Shown here in pieces: positions 10,715 to 21,793 of a stretch of DNA of 64,000 nucleotides (the first letter of the stretch is position 1; the number at the start of each line of letters is the position of its first letter). The DNA is from Escherichia coli. GTDB lineage: Bacteria; Pseudomonadota; Gammaproteobacteria; Enterobacterales; Enterobacteriaceae. Made by a program: the position numbers and the translations under genes. The notes beneath the pieces were generated by a model. The model was not told the DNA's origin and searched no databases. It worked only from the letters and a program-made list of their open reading frames with translations. The stretch lies in the NCBI RefSeq assembly GCF_003334785.1, contig NZ_QOWV01000018.1; one strand, written 5' to 3'.

Positions 10715-12877
10715 TTACACCGACTCCAGCCGGGCGTATGCCGCCACCAGCCATTTAATACCCTGGCCCTGAAATGCCACCTGCAAACGGCTATGCTCAC
10801 CGCTGCCTTCCATATTGACAATGGTGCCTTCACCAAACTTAGCGTGGCGTACGCGCTGGCCGAGCTTGTAGCCGCTGTCGTTCTCGACCATCGGCGTACC
10901 CATCCGCTGATGGCTGACCGGGCGGCTTACCGTGGCGCGCAGGCGCACCTCTTCCACACACTCTTCCGGCAGCTCGCCGATAAAGCGCGACGGGCGATGG
11001 TAAACCTCTTTACCATACAGACGGCGGGTTTCCGCGTAGGTCAGCGTCAGTTTCTGCATCGCGCGGGTTACGCCAACGTAGGCCAGACGGCGTTCTTCTT
11101 CCAGACGCCCGCCTTCATCCAGCGACATCTGGCTTGGGAACATGCCCTCTTCCATACCAACGATAAACACCTGCGGGAACTCCAGGCCTTTCGCCGAGTG
11201 TAGCGTCATCAACTGCACCGCATCCTGCCAGGTATCCGCCTGCCCTTCACCTGCTTCCAGTGCCGCATGGGAGAGGAACGCCTGCAGCGGCATTAAATCT
11301 TCGTCTTCTTCGTTGTAGCTGAACTGGCGCGTTGCCGTCACCAGTTCCTCTAAGTTTTCGATACGCGTCTGACCTTTTTCGCCCTTCTCCTGCTCATACA
11401 TGGTACGCAGGCCGGAGTCTTTAATTACCCGGTCAGTCTGTACATGCAGCGGCATATCGGCAGTTTCCTGCGCTAAGGCGTCGATTAATTCCATAAATCG
11501 CTGCAAGGCGCTGGCAGCTCGCCCGGCGAGGGCTTTTTCCTGCAACAGCTCACGACATGCCTGCCAGAGTGTTAACTGGCGATCGCGCGATGTCTGACGT
11601 ACCACGTCCAGCGTCCGGTCACCAATACCCCGCGTTGGCGTATTCACCACACGCTCAAAGGCCGCGTCGTCGTTGCGGTTGGCAATCAGGCGCAGATACG
11701 AGAGCGCATCTTTGATTTCCTGGCGTTCGAAGAAGCGCATCCCGCCGTAAATACGGTACGGCATACTGGCCTGCAATAACGCCTCTTCGAGCACCCGCGA
11801 CTGGGCGTTGCTGCGGTAGAGAATGGCGCACTCGGCAAGCGCTCCGCCGTTGTCCTGCCAGGTTTTGATGCGGTTAACCACAAAACGCGCTTCATCGAGT
11901 TCGTTAAAAGCGCAATAGAGGGAAATAGGCTCACCGTCCGCGCCATCGGTCCACAGTTTTTTACCCAGACGCCCGTTATTGTTTTCAATCAGGGCGTTAG
12001 CGGCGCTCAGAATATTGCTGGTAGAGCGGTAGTTTTGCTCCAGACGAATAGTTTCGGCACCGGGGAAATCATTAAGGAAACGCTGAATATTCTCCACCTG
12101 CGCCCCGCGCCAGCCGTAGATTGACTGGTCGTCATCACCGACGATCATCACTTTGCCGGTGTCGCCCGCCAGCAGGCGGATCCACGCGTACTGAATGTTG
12201 TTGGTATCCTGGAATTCGTCCACCAGGATATTGGTAAAACGTTCGCGGTAGTGTTGCAGGATATGCGGCTTGTTAAGCCACAACTCGTGAGCGCGCAGCA
12301 GCAGCTCGGCGAAGTCCACCAGGCCCGCGCGGTCACACGCTTCCTGATACGCCTGATACACCTTCTGCCAGGTCTGCTCCACCGGATTACCGTAGCTTTG
12401 AATATGATGCGGACGCAGGCCTTCATCTTTCTGGCTGTTGATGTACCACATTGCCTGCCGCGGCGGCCACTGCTTCTCGTCGAGGTTCATGGCTTTGATC
12501 AGACGCTTAAGCAGGCGTAGCTGGTCTTCACTGTCGAGGATCTGGAAATCCTGCGGCAGATTGGCGTCCATATGGTGCGCACGCAGCAAACGGTGCGCCA
12601 GCCCGTGGAAGGTGCCGACCCACATACCGCCCTGGCTCGTGCCCATCAGTTGCCCGATACGATGACGCATCTCCGCCGCCGCTTTGTTGGTAAACGTCAC
12701 CGCCATAATCGAGTATGGCGAGCAGTTTTCCACGCTCATCAACCAGGCGATACGATGCACCAGTACGCGCGTCTTACCACTGCCCGCGCCCGCCAGCACC
12801 AGAAGGTTGCTGCGTGGCGCGGCCACCGCTTCGCGCTGTTTGTCATTAAGGCTGTCGAGCAGGTAAGAAACGTCCAT
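10715..12877 (-). CDS. uvrD: DNA helicase II UvrD
   Basis: Track ORF (783 aa) extends upstream through a non-ATG start; canonical start MDVSYLLDSLNDKQREAV gives 720 aa; Walker A GAGSGKT present. Confidence 0.95.
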   Translation of the reverse strand: MDVSYLLDSLNDKQREAVAAPRSNLLVLAGAGSGKTRVLVHRIAWLMSVENCSPYSIMAVTFTNKAAAEMRHRIGQLMGTSQGGMWVGTFHGLAHRLLRAHHMDANLPQDFQILDSEDQLRLLKRLIKAMNLDEKQWPPRQAMWYINSQKDEGLRPHHIQSYGNPVEQTWQKVYQAYQEACDRAGLVDFAELLLRAHELWLNKPHILQHYRERFTNILVDEFQDTNNIQYAWIRLLAGDTGKVMIVGDDDQSIYGWRGAQVENIQRFLNDFPGAETIRLEQNYRSTSNILSAANALIENNNGRLGKKLWTDGADGEPISLYCAFNELDEARFVVNRIKTWQDNGGALAECAILYRSNAQSRVLEEALLQASMPYRIYGGMRFFERQEIKDALSYLRLIANRNDDAAFERVVNTPTRGIGDRTLDVVRQTSRDRQLTLWQACRELLQEKALAGRAASALQRFMELIDALAQETADMPLHVQTDRVIKDSGLRTMYEQEKGEKGQTRIENLEELVTATRQFSYNEEDEDLMPLQAFLSHAALEAGEGQADTWQDAVQLMTLHSAKGLEFPQVFIVGMEEGMFPSQMSLDEGGRLEEERRLAYVGVTRAMQKLTLTYAETRRLYGKEVYHRPSRFIGELPEECVEEVRLRATVSRPVSHQRMGTPMVENDSGYKLGQRVRHAKFGEGTIVNMEGSGEHSRLQVAFQGQGIKWLVAAYARLESV

Positions 12878-12935
12878 TGGCACCGCCGCGTAAAAATAGG
12901 TTGGGCGGAGAAGCGCAACGCCCTCCGCCAAAAAG

Positions 12936-12951
12936 CTGGGTATATATACAG
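12936..12951 (-). promoter_or_regulatory. LexA box (SOS operator) in the uvrD promoter
   Basis: Exact palindrome ctgggtatatatacag, i.e. CTGTATATATACCCAG on the coding strand, about 60 bp upstream of the uvrD start; fits CTG-N10-CAG. Confidence 0.85.
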
Positions 12952-12960
12952 ATTTGCTGA

Positions 12961-13677
12961 TTATATCAGCGAGGTCAGAGATGCCAACCGGGAAATTTCC
13001 AGATGCGGCAGTAAACGGCTGTCCCAGGTTTGCATCAGATCGCCATTTTCCGGTCTGATCCAACAAGCCTGCATTCCGCTGCGAATTGCCCCACCCACGT
13101 CAGTGGTGAGATCGTCCCCAACATGTAAGATCTCGCCGATCGGCACGTTGAGTTTTTCCGCAGCCAAAAAGTACATATCGCTGAACGGTTTTGAGCGCCC
13201 GTGCGGGCCAGCGCGCAGCACAAACTCAAAATAATCCCCCAAACCAAACAGCTCCGGCTGGGCGTTACCGTTGGTGATCGCCACCAGCGGCCATTTCTTC
13301 GCCAGCTGTTTTAAGGTGTCGTGAGTTTGCTGCGGGACGTCGATTCGGCTGCGCCATTTGGCAAAGTTGATCATTGCTGCGTGTGCGCCTGCACTGGCTT
13401 CTTCGGCACTCAGCCCGGCGTCGAGCATCGCTTGTTCAATCGAACGAAAACGCCAGCGCGTCACGTCGTGATAAATCTCGGGTTCCGCTTCCCGTACCGC
13501 CTGGCGCAGGCGTTGCAGATCTTCATTCTGGAAGCTGCGCAGCGCCGGATGATAATTTTGCACAAAGGTAAGCGCCTCTCGCTCGGTGCGCAAAATCACC
13601 GGACGGTTATCGTAAAGGGTATCATCCAGGTCAAAGGTGAGCGCCGAGATGCGCCCCAAAGGCCGGTAAAAACGCAT
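12961..13677 (-). CDS. yigB: HAD-family phosphatase YigB
   Basis: 238 aa ORF with DxDDT motif (FDLDDTLYD); start overlaps the xerC stop by 1 nt. Confidence 0.9.
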
Positions 13678-14573
13678 TATTTCCCCCGTTTGGCGCGTGG
13701 ATGCGCCGCATCGTACACCGAGGCAAGGTGTTGAAAATCAAGATGAGTATAGATTTGCGTGGTGGAGAGGTTGGCATGACCCAGCAGCTCCTGCACACCA
13801 CGAAGATCGCCGCTCGACTCCAGCATATGCGTGGCGAACGAGTGACGTAATTTATGCGGATGAACGTGATTATTCAGCCCTTGTTTTATGCCCCATTCGG
13901 CAAAGCGTTTCTGCACATTACGCGCGGAGATACGCTTGCCCAGTTTCGACAGAAAAAGCGCGTCGTCTTCGCTACCAAACAGGTCGCGCAAATCAAGCCA
14001 GTGCTCAATCCACGCCACAGCGTTGCGACCAATCGGCAGGCGGCGCTCTTTGCTGCCTTTCCCCATAACCCACACTTCACCAGACTCCAGGTCGAGGTGT
14101 TTAATATCCAGCCCCACCAGCTCAGAAAGACGCAGACCCGCGCCGTACATCACTTCCAGCATTGCACGGTCGCGTACAGCGAGGGGATCATTGATATCAA
14201 TATCCAGCAGCCGATTCATATCGTCGACGTCGATGTTTTTCGGCAGATGACGCGGCGCTTTCGGTGCCGAAACACCTTTCGCCGGGTTAGCTTTGAGTTC
14301 GTTCTGGCTGACCAGCCAGTCAAAAAAGCTACGTAGCGCAGAAAGCCGTAACGCCAGACTTGCTGCTCCCAGCCCTTTACGGCGACTGCGTACAGCAAAA
14401 TTGCGCACCATCGTCACATCACATTGCTGCCAGCTTTGCAGGCCGTTTTCGCTGGCAAAATTGATGATCGCCTCAAGCTGACGCTGGTAGTTAAGCAGGG
14501 TTATCGGGCTAAGCTGGCGCTCCACGCTCAGATAACGTAGGTAGCGTTCTACATCGGTGTGTAAATCGGTCAT
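13677..14573 (-). CDS. xerC: tyrosine site-specific recombinase XerC
   Basis: 298 aa ORF with R..HxxR..Y catalytic signature ([12 protein letters not shown] ... TTQIYTH). Confidence 0.95.
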
Positions 14574-15277
14574 ACGCGTTCAATCCAACGCTCCAGAAGC
14601 TCCGGCAACATCAGCGCAATTTCATGAAGTAACTGCGTTCCTTGCCCTTGTTGATAGTGACTGGCATCGCGACTGGTAAACAGCACGACACCCAAATCAG
14701 CATCGCTTCCCAGCATCGACATCGCCACCGATCCCACCGCTTTCGCTTCCGGTAGCACCACCAGCAGCTCTGGTCCGTTAAGCGGCCCAAGATAGTGCTG
14801 TTCCTGCCCCAAACGCTGAATACGCAGCGGTTCGAAAGACTGACGGCTTAATGCCAGATGAGTGTGGTTCGACGGCGCACCTAAGCGCCAGCGATCCGGA
14901 AACAGGCGCAGACTCGCACCTGCCAGGCCGAGATCGCGCGCCCAGCGGTGAAAGCGCATCAGCATATCGTCGAGACTGCTGGCGGCGGTGAGACTGCGCT
15001 GCAGGTAGAGTAGGCGATAAAACAGGCCTTCGTTGGCGATAGCCTGTTCCATCAACAGCGCCATGTTCTCTTCCAGAACATGAATATGATTACGTGCGCG
15101 GGCCATGTGCCACTCGACCAACGAAACGGTGCCGCGTACCGGATGCGGCACACGTATCGCTTCTACTGCGCGCGCATTACGGATAAAAAACTCAGGATTT
15201 TTAATCAGATAATCGACAACCGCCCGGTCATCAAGCTCCGTGAGTGTTTCCTGCAGTTCTTCCCCTGGTTGCTTCAT
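14570..15277 (-). CDS. yigA: DUF484-family protein YigA
   Basis: 235 aa ORF; 4-nt overlaps with both dapF and xerC, as in the dapF-yigA-xerC-yigB operon. Confidence 0.85.
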
Positions 15278-16098
15278 AGATGAATAAATCCGTCGTAGAC
15301 ATGTACCGCCGGGCCAGTCATATATAACGGGTGACCCGGACCTTTCCAGGCGATATCAAGACGACCGCCGGGGAGTTCCACGCGTACTTCTTCGGCCAGC
15401 AAACCTTGCTGAATCCCTACTGCAACCGCCGCACACGCGCCGCTGCCGCAGGCCTGGGTTTCTCCTGCCCCACGCTCATAAACGCGTAAACGAATATGCT
15501 CGCGCTTAACCACTTGCATAAAACCGATATTGGCGCGCTCCGGAAAACGCTCGTGGCTTTCCAGAACAGGACCAAGCGTTTCTACCGCCGCGGTATCGAC
15601 ATCATCGACCTGAATCACGCAATGCGGATTTCCCATCGACACCACGCCGCATAAGATTGTCTGCTCGGCGGCGCGCATAATATAGGTCTTTTCCGCTTTG
15701 TTAGCGCGAAACGGCACGGCGGAAGGTTCGAAGTTGGGTTCGCCCATATTTACGCGGACCAGATCATCATCGGTGACGGTCAGAACCATCCGCCCGTTGG
15801 CGGTGCTGACGCGGATATCACGCTTATTGGTCAGTCCTTTCAGACGCACAAAACGGGCAAAGCAGCGCGCACCGTTGCCGCACTGCGCCACTTCACTGCC
15901 ATCAGCATTGAAAATGCGATAGTGAAAATCCAGTTCAGGATCATACGGCGGCTCAACCACCAGCAGTTGGTCAAACCCTACCCCCAGGTGCCGATCAGCC
16001 AGGCGACGAATCAGCTCCGGTGAAAAAAAGACATTCTGCGTTACCGCGTCGACGACCATAAAATCGTTGCCAAGGCCATGCATTTTCGAGAACTGCAT
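15274..16098 (-). CDS. dapF: diaminopimelate epimerase
   Basis: Start [17 protein letters not shown] (second Met of track ORF); active-site Cys motifs present; 274 aa. Confidence 0.95.
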
Positions 16099-16134
16099 CA
16101 TTTACTCCAATCACGCGGGTACAGAAACTGACTT

Positions 16135-16338
16135 TTAGTAATTCACCTGGGATGGACCATCGCCAGTGGCGCGATCGTTTTTATCCGGCACCGTGGATTG
16201 CGTTTGCGTCTCTACCGGTTTGGTCGGCGGCGGTGCGTTTTTATCTGCAGGCGGGAAATAGAGCGGACCTTTCAGACCGCAGCCCGTCAGGCTGAAGAGA
16301 GTAAGTAATACAGTGAGTGCCTTAAACACGTTTTTCAT
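16135..16338 (-). CDS. yifL: small lipoprotein YifL
   Basis: 67 aa ORF with lipobox LTGC after a signal peptide. Confidence 0.8.
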   Translation of the reverse strand: MKNVFKALTVLLTLFSLTGCGLKGPLYFPPADKNAPPPTKPVETQTQSTVPDKNDRATGDGPSQVNY

Positions 16339-16800
16339 TATGGATTGCCTGTAAAGTTCATCGCTTTCTGCTTTCTATCATCGCAGGAGAAGACGTAAAA
16401 GCAAGCGTTTAGCGACTCTTTATGAAGTCTGAAAAGTGAGGAAATGCTGCGAGTATAACGCTTACTCGTGGGGATTTATGTTTTGCTGGTAGTTTCGTGA
16501 TCGGCACCTCGCGCCAGGATGGCTTTATGCACTATCGCAATGTGGTTTGTTTGTTGTCTTTTTTAGTTCCGTCAGCGTGAGGATGCTCGCTCGGTAAACC
16601 TGATCATAATGTTTACCAGAAACAGGGAAAGACGTGGTGTAACTGCGCCCTAATGAAGAGACAAATCTTTCGCTACACAGAGACATCATTATTCCGGTGA
16701 CGGATGAATCGTGCCGGAACGCAGCCGCAGAGGTGCAAACTTTGAAGCCCTGACCCCATGCCGCTATACTGCCGCCATCACTTAAAAACAGGATACAACA

Positions 16801-17121
16801 ATGAACGACAGTGAATTTCATCGCCTGGCTGATCAACTCTGGCTGACCATTGAAGAACGCCTGGACGACTGGGATGGCGACAGCGATATCGACTGCGAAA
16901 TCAACGGCGGCGTACTGACCATTACCTTTGAGAATGGCAGCAAAATCATTATCAACCGCCAGGAGCCGCTGCACCAGGTATGGCTGGCAACCAAACAGGG
17001 CGGCTACCATTTTGACCTGAAAGGCGATGAGTGGATTTGTGATCGCAGCGGCGAAACCTTCTGGGATTTGCTGGAACAGGCGGCGACGCAGCAGGCGGGT
17101 GAAACAGTCAGTTTCCGCTAA
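16801..17121 (+). CDS. cyaY: frataxin homologue CyaY (iron-sulfur cluster assembly)
   Basis: 106 aa acidic [17 protein letters not shown]...; convergent with cyaA. Confidence 0.93.
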
Positions 17122-17128
17122 GATTGCA

Positions 17129-17154
17129 TGCCGGATAAGCCTCGCTTTCCGGCA
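17129..17154. terminator. Hairpin between convergent cyaY and cyaA (likely bidirectional terminator)
   Basis: Inverted repeat tgccgga ... tccggca in the 39-bp gap between the two stop codons. Confidence 0.5.
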
Positions 17155-17160
17155 CGTTCA

Positions 17161-19707
17161 TCACGAAAAATATTGCTGTAATAGCGGCGTATCGTGATCC
17201 TGATTGGCAGGCGGCATGTTACCGATAGATTTTGTGCGGAACGGAATCACCTGTTCACGACCATCAACCTTCACAATCTGATAGAACTGCGGCAGGTTGA
17301 AGTTGATGAAGCTTGAGCCGTAGGTAAAACGGTCATGCGATGACGAGTAGAAGCGACTGACGTCACGTACCAGCTCCTCTTTGCTGCCTTCGCAGTGGTG
17401 ATATACCTCAACCCGGTTGCTTTCGTCGAGAATGTAGATATTAAAGCCATTCTCGTCTTGCGTTTCTTCGAAAAAGAACTGGATGATCCCTTCGCTGGCA
17501 AAGCCGTCCACCACCGCCGGTAATTTGACGTGATTGGTTTCAACCTGCACTGACAGGCCGTGCAGTTTGTTATGCGAAATCGCGCCATAAAACTCGATGG
17601 CGTTTTCCAGTTTCTGTACCGATACATTCAGGCGTTCGAAGAACAACCCCCAGGTTTGACCAGAAACGCGCAGCGCCTTGAAACGCCCGGTTTCCTGGCG
17701 GGTGCTGGAAAGACGCAATTCAATACACTCAGAAACCAGTTGCTGCACGCGAGTACGAATTAAGCCGCGCAGATGCTGGCTATAACAGAAGACTTCCACG
17801 CTATCTGGCGGTGCGGCGTCCTGATGCATTTTGCCGAGAATAGTTTTCAGGGCTTCGATCATCGATTGCTCGCCGTTGAAGTGCAGCGTACGCACTTCGT
17901 TCCACGAGTTGCGGTACAGCAGGTCAACGCTACCTACCAGGCAATTTTGATTCTCGCCAAAGCTGAAGACATCCAGCTTACGGAAATCGAAATGCACCAC
18001 CTGATTGCGGAACGCCGCTGTCGGGTCATATTCCAGGTTAACGATAATCGCCAGATGGCGGATCTCACACGGGCTGTAGAGCGCCTTCGGTGTCGGTGCA
18101 GGTAAGCGCAGCGGGAAATGGTGCGACACGTCGGCGACCATCTCCTGCAACTTAGGCAAATCGACAATGCCGTTACCTTTAATATACAAACGGGTGCGCG
18201 AGGTCAGCAGGCCGTTAAACCATGCCCACGCCACCAGTTTATTCAGGTAACGGTTATATTCCAGCGGCTGATGGCTGATGATCGACTCAATATTTGGCGC
18301 GCGGTTATACAGATACCAACCTGAACGGTTAGCCCGGCCCGGCGGCACATAAATAAAGGTCAGATTCGGTTCCGAGAGATCGGGTGAAATCTGCGGGTTT
18401 ACCAGCGTCACTTTACCTGGTAATGCTTCAAACGCGGCATACAGCTTACGCGTCAGCACGCCGATATCCTGCGGACTGGCGGAGACGCTAAGGTTATTGC
18501 GACGCGCAAAGCGGATCAGATTACGGTAGCTCTGCATCATCGCGTCGAGCAACTCGTTGTGCGCCTCACGCACCTGATCAATCTTCCAGTTAGCGCGGTT
18601 ATCGAGCATTGCCAGACGAGCTTCGTCCCAACCCCACTCGCTCACTAACTGGCTCAACACTGCGCGACGCCAGCCTACGCAGGCGCGTTCACGGCTGAGC
18701 TTTTCGCACACTTTTAAATAGAAGCAGCGACGTACTAAATCCAGACGGGTAAAATCTTCAATCGCCGTCAGGTATTCAGTAACACGCTCCAGCATCATGC
18801 AGTATGGATCGAGACCAAACGATACAATCTCGCCGTCGTGCAAACGCTGTTTGATATCTTTCGCCAGCAGACGTGGGTTCGGGTATTCCCAGGAATAGGC
18901 TTCCAGCAGCAGTGTTTTCAGTACCGCTTTGTATGGGGAATCGATACTCTTGTAGAGCTGCCAAAGGCTGGCACCAAAGTACTCTTCAGCAGAAAGCGAG
19001 CTTAAGCCACCGAGATCCAGCCATTCATTTGGCGTCAGCACGCCCTGCGCGTAAAGCGTCATCACATAGTCGTCGTAATGCTCTTCTTCGTCGCACGGCA
19101 CCATATTCCACAGAATACGCTTACCGGCGAGACGCACGGCGGTACGATAAAATTCGTCAAGCAGCAGTATATGCTGGGTGGAGCCACAATCTTCGCCCCC
19201 CAGGCTGCCGCTTTCATTATGACGGAAGCGGTTTTCATCAATCAGGAAGAAGCTGACTTCCACACCCAGCGAGGCGGCCCAGTTTTCCAGCAGGCTACAT
19301 TTACGTTGTAGCAATTGGCGCTCTTCGCTATCGAGCCAGGATTGATGACAGACCCAGATATCCAGGTCAGAGGAACAACTTTGCCCTACGGACGAGGTGC
19401 TGCCCATGGTGTATACACCAGTAATTGGAAGCTCACCTTTCGGCGGATCCTGTACTGACATTCCACGATACAGTTCAAGCTCGTTCAGGTAGTGGCGTTG
19501 AGTTTCATCAGGCGTGTAAAGGCAAATGCCTTTGGGAACGTTACCATCAAGGTAACCCGGCATTAGCGGATGGTGATAGTGCAACAATGTCGGCAGTAGA
19601 CTGTAGACCTGTTGGAATGCAGGCCCCATAGCAGCAAGCGCGCGATCCACACGCAATTGATTTATGGCATCCAGTCTCTGTTTCAGAGTCTCAATATAGA
19701 GGTACAA
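17161..19707 (-). CDS. cyaA: adenylate cyclase (class I)
   Basis: 848 aa ORF beginning [13 protein letters not shown]; first codon is TTG (reverse complement of caa at 19705-19707). Confidence 0.96.
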   Translation of the reverse strand: MYLYIETLKQRLDAINQLRVDRALAAMGPAFQQVYSLLPTLLHYHHPLMPGYLDGNVPKGICLYTPDETQRHYLNELELYRGMSVQDPPKGELPITGVYTMGSTSSVGQSCSSDLDIWVCHQSWLDSEERQLLQRKCSLLENWAASLGVEVSFFLIDENRFRHNESGSLGGEDCGSTQHILLLDEFYRTAVRLAGKRILWNMVPCDEEEHYDDYVMTLYAQGVLTPNEWLDLGGLSSLSAEEYFGASLWQLYKSIDSPYKAVLKTLLLEAYSWEYPNPRLLAKDIKQRLHDGEIVSFGLDPYCMMLERVTEYLTAIEDFTRLDLVRRCFYLKVCEKLSRERACVGWRRAVLSQLVSEWGWDEARLAMLDNRANWKIDQVREAHNELLDAMMQSYRNLIRFARRNNLSVSASPQDIGVLTRKLYAAFEALPGKVTLVNPQISPDLSEPNLTFIYVPPGRANRSGWYLYNRAPNIESIISHQPLEYNRYLNKLVAWAWFNGLLTSRTRLYIKGNGIVDLPKLQEMVADVSHHFPLRLPAPTPKALYSPCEIRHLAIIVNLEYDPTAAFRNQVVHFDFRKLDVFSFGENQNCLVGSVDLLYRNSWNEVRTLHFNGEQSMIEALKTILGKMHQDAAPPDSVEVFCYSQHLRGLIRTRVQQLVSECIELRLSSTRQETGRFKALRVSGQTWGLFFERLNVSVQKLENAIEFYGAISHNKLHGLSVQVETNHVKLPAVVDGFASEGIIQFFFEETQDENGFNIYILDESNRVEVYHHCEGSKEELVRDVSRFYSSSHDRFTYGSSFINFNLPQFYQIVKVDGREQVIPFRTKSIGNMPPANQDHDTPLLQQYFS

Positions 19708-20093
19708 GACGTATCGCCTGATTTGCTACCCGTCATGACTGTGATTCCGCCAACATCAACGGTAACACGCGGCATTCGGGATATTTCGTATGTCAAAGGT
19801 AACCGTTACCACTTTTCGCGCCTGGTTTTTTTAGTTTCACGACGAAAAAATGGTCTAAAACGTGATCAATTTAACACCTTGCTGATTGACCGTAAAGAAA
19901 GATGCGCTACATACAAGTGTAGCACCGTTTATTCTCTGTAAATTCCTTATTACAACGGCGTGAAACGCCTGTCAGGATCCACTGCCAGACCTCATTTTAC
20001 GGTTTGCGCAGGCGTCTACGTTTCACCACAACACTGACATCACTCTGGCAAGGATGTTAGGATGGACCACGGATGATAATGACGGTAACAAGC

Positions 20094-21035
20094 ATGTTAG
20101 ACAATGTTTTAAGAATTGCCACACGCCAAAGCCCACTTGCACTCTGGCAGGCACACTATGTCAAAGACAAGTTGATGGCGAGCCATCCGGGCCTGGTCGT
20201 TGAACTGGTACCGATGGTGACGCGCGGCGATGTGATTCTTGATACGCCGCTGGCGAAAGTAGGCGGAAAAGGCTTATTTGTAAAAGAGCTGGAAGTCGCG
20301 CTCCTCGAAAATCGCGCCGATATCGCCGTACACTCAATGAAAGATGTGCCGGTTGAATTCCCGCAAGGTCTGGGACTGGTCACTATTTGTGAGCGTGAAG
20401 ATCCTCGCGATGCCTTTGTGTCCAATAACTATGACAGTCTGGATGCGTTACCGGCAGGCAGTATCGTCGGGACGTCCAGTTTACGTCGCCAGTGCCAACT
20501 GGCTGAACGCCGTCCGGATCTGATTATCCGCTCCCTGCGCGGCAACGTCGGCACTCGCCTGAGCAAACTGGATAACGGCGAATACGATGCCATCATTCTT
20601 GCCGTAGCCGGACTAAAACGTTTAGGTCTGGAGTCACGTATTCGCGCCGCGTTGCCACCCGAGATTTCTCTTCCGGCGGTAGGACAAGGTGCGGTGGGTA
20701 TTGAATGCCGCCTTGATGATTCACGCACTCGCGAGCTGCTTGCCGCGCTGAATCACCACGAAACTGCACTGCGCGTTACCGCAGAACGCGCCATGAATAC
20801 CCGTCTCGAAGGCGGATGTCAGGTGCCAATTGGTAGCTACGCCGAGCTTATTGATGGCGAAATCTGGCTGCGTGCGCTGGTCGGCGCGCCGGACGGTTCG
20901 CAGATTATTCGCGGTGAACGCCGCGGTGCGCCGCAAGATGCCGAACAAATGGGGATTTCGCTGGCAGAAGAGCTACTGAATAACGGCGCGCGCGAGATCC
21001 TCGCTGAAGTCTATAACGGAGACGCCCCGGCATGA
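20094..21035 (+). CDS. hemC: porphobilinogen deaminase (hydroxymethylbilane synthase)
   Basis: Canonical start [20 protein letters not shown] within track ORF 20073-21035; 313 aa. Confidence 0.95.
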
Positions 21036-21772
21036 GTATCCTTGTCACCCGCCCGTCTCCCGCTGGAGAAGAGTTAGTGAGCCGTCTGCGCACACTGGGG
21101 CAGGTGGCCTGGCATTTTCCGCTGATTGAGTTTTCTCCGGGTCAACAATTACCGCAACTTGCTGATCAACTGGCAGCGCTGGGGGAGAGCGATCTGTTGT
21201 TTGCCCTCTCGCAACACGCGGTTGCTTTTGCCCAATCACAGCTGCATCAGCAAGATCGTAAATGGCCCCGACTACCTGATTATTTCGCCATTGGACGCAC
21301 CACCGCACTGGCACTACATACCGTAAGCGGACAGAAGATTCTCTACCCGCAGGATCGGGAAATCAGCGAAGTCTTGCTACAATTACCTGAATTACAAAAT
21401 ATTGCGGGCAAACGTGCGCTGATATTACGTGGCAATGGTGGTCGTGAGCTAATTGGGGATGCCCTGACGGCGCGCGGTGCTGAGGTCACTTTTTGTGAAT
21501 GTTATCAACGATGCGCAATCCATTACGATGGTGCAGAAGAAGCGATGCGCTGGCAAGCCCGCGAGGTGACGATGGTCGTTGTTACCAGCGGTGAAATGTT
21601 GCAGCAACTCTGGTCGCTGATCCCACAATGGTATCGTGAGCACTGGTTACTACACTGTCGACTATTGGTCGTCAGTGAGCGTTTGGCGAAACTCGCCCGG
21701 GAACTGGGCTGGCAAGACATTAAGGTCGCCGATAACGCTGACAACGATGCGCTTTTACGGGCATTACAATAA
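21032..21772 (+). CDS. hemD: uroporphyrinogen-III synthase
   Basis: 246 aa ORF, start overlaps hemC stop by 4 nt. Confidence 0.93.
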   Translation: MSILVTRPSPAGEELVSRLRTLGQVAWHFPLIEFSPGQQLPQLADQLAALGESDLLFALSQHAVAFAQSQLHQQDRKWPRLPDYFAIGRTTALALHTVSGQKILYPQDREISEVLLQLPELQNIAGKRALILRGNGGRELIGDALTARGAEVTFCECYQRCAIHYDGAEEAMRWQAREVTMVVVTSGEMLQQLWSLIPQWYREHWLLHCRLLVVSERLAKLARELGWQDIKVADNADNDALLRALQ

Positions 21773-21793
21773 CTCTCATAACAGGAAGCCATA

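Noticed and set aside
12878-13066. N-terminal extension of the uvrD ORF to 783 aa; similar extensions for rho (443 aa), trxA (144 aa), ilvC (536 aa), rep (690 aa), ilvE (331 aa), aslB, wecB, hemC and ilvY
   Set aside because: The ORF track opens at the first in-frame ATG/GTG/TTG after a stop. The canonical N-termini start at internal Met or GTG codons with Shine-Dalgarno sequences, and the extensions run through promoter or leader sequence (for uvrD, through the LexA box).
12572-13234. 220-aa plus-strand ORF
   Set aside because: Antisense to the uvrD 5' end and yigB; no support as a gene.
16525-17010. 161-aa minus-strand ORF spanning the yifL-cyaY intergenic region and the cyaY 5' end
   Set aside because: More than half of it is antisense to cyaY; the intergenic part has no Shine-Dalgarno and atypical composition. 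Treated as spurious; the region is still flagged for transcript data.
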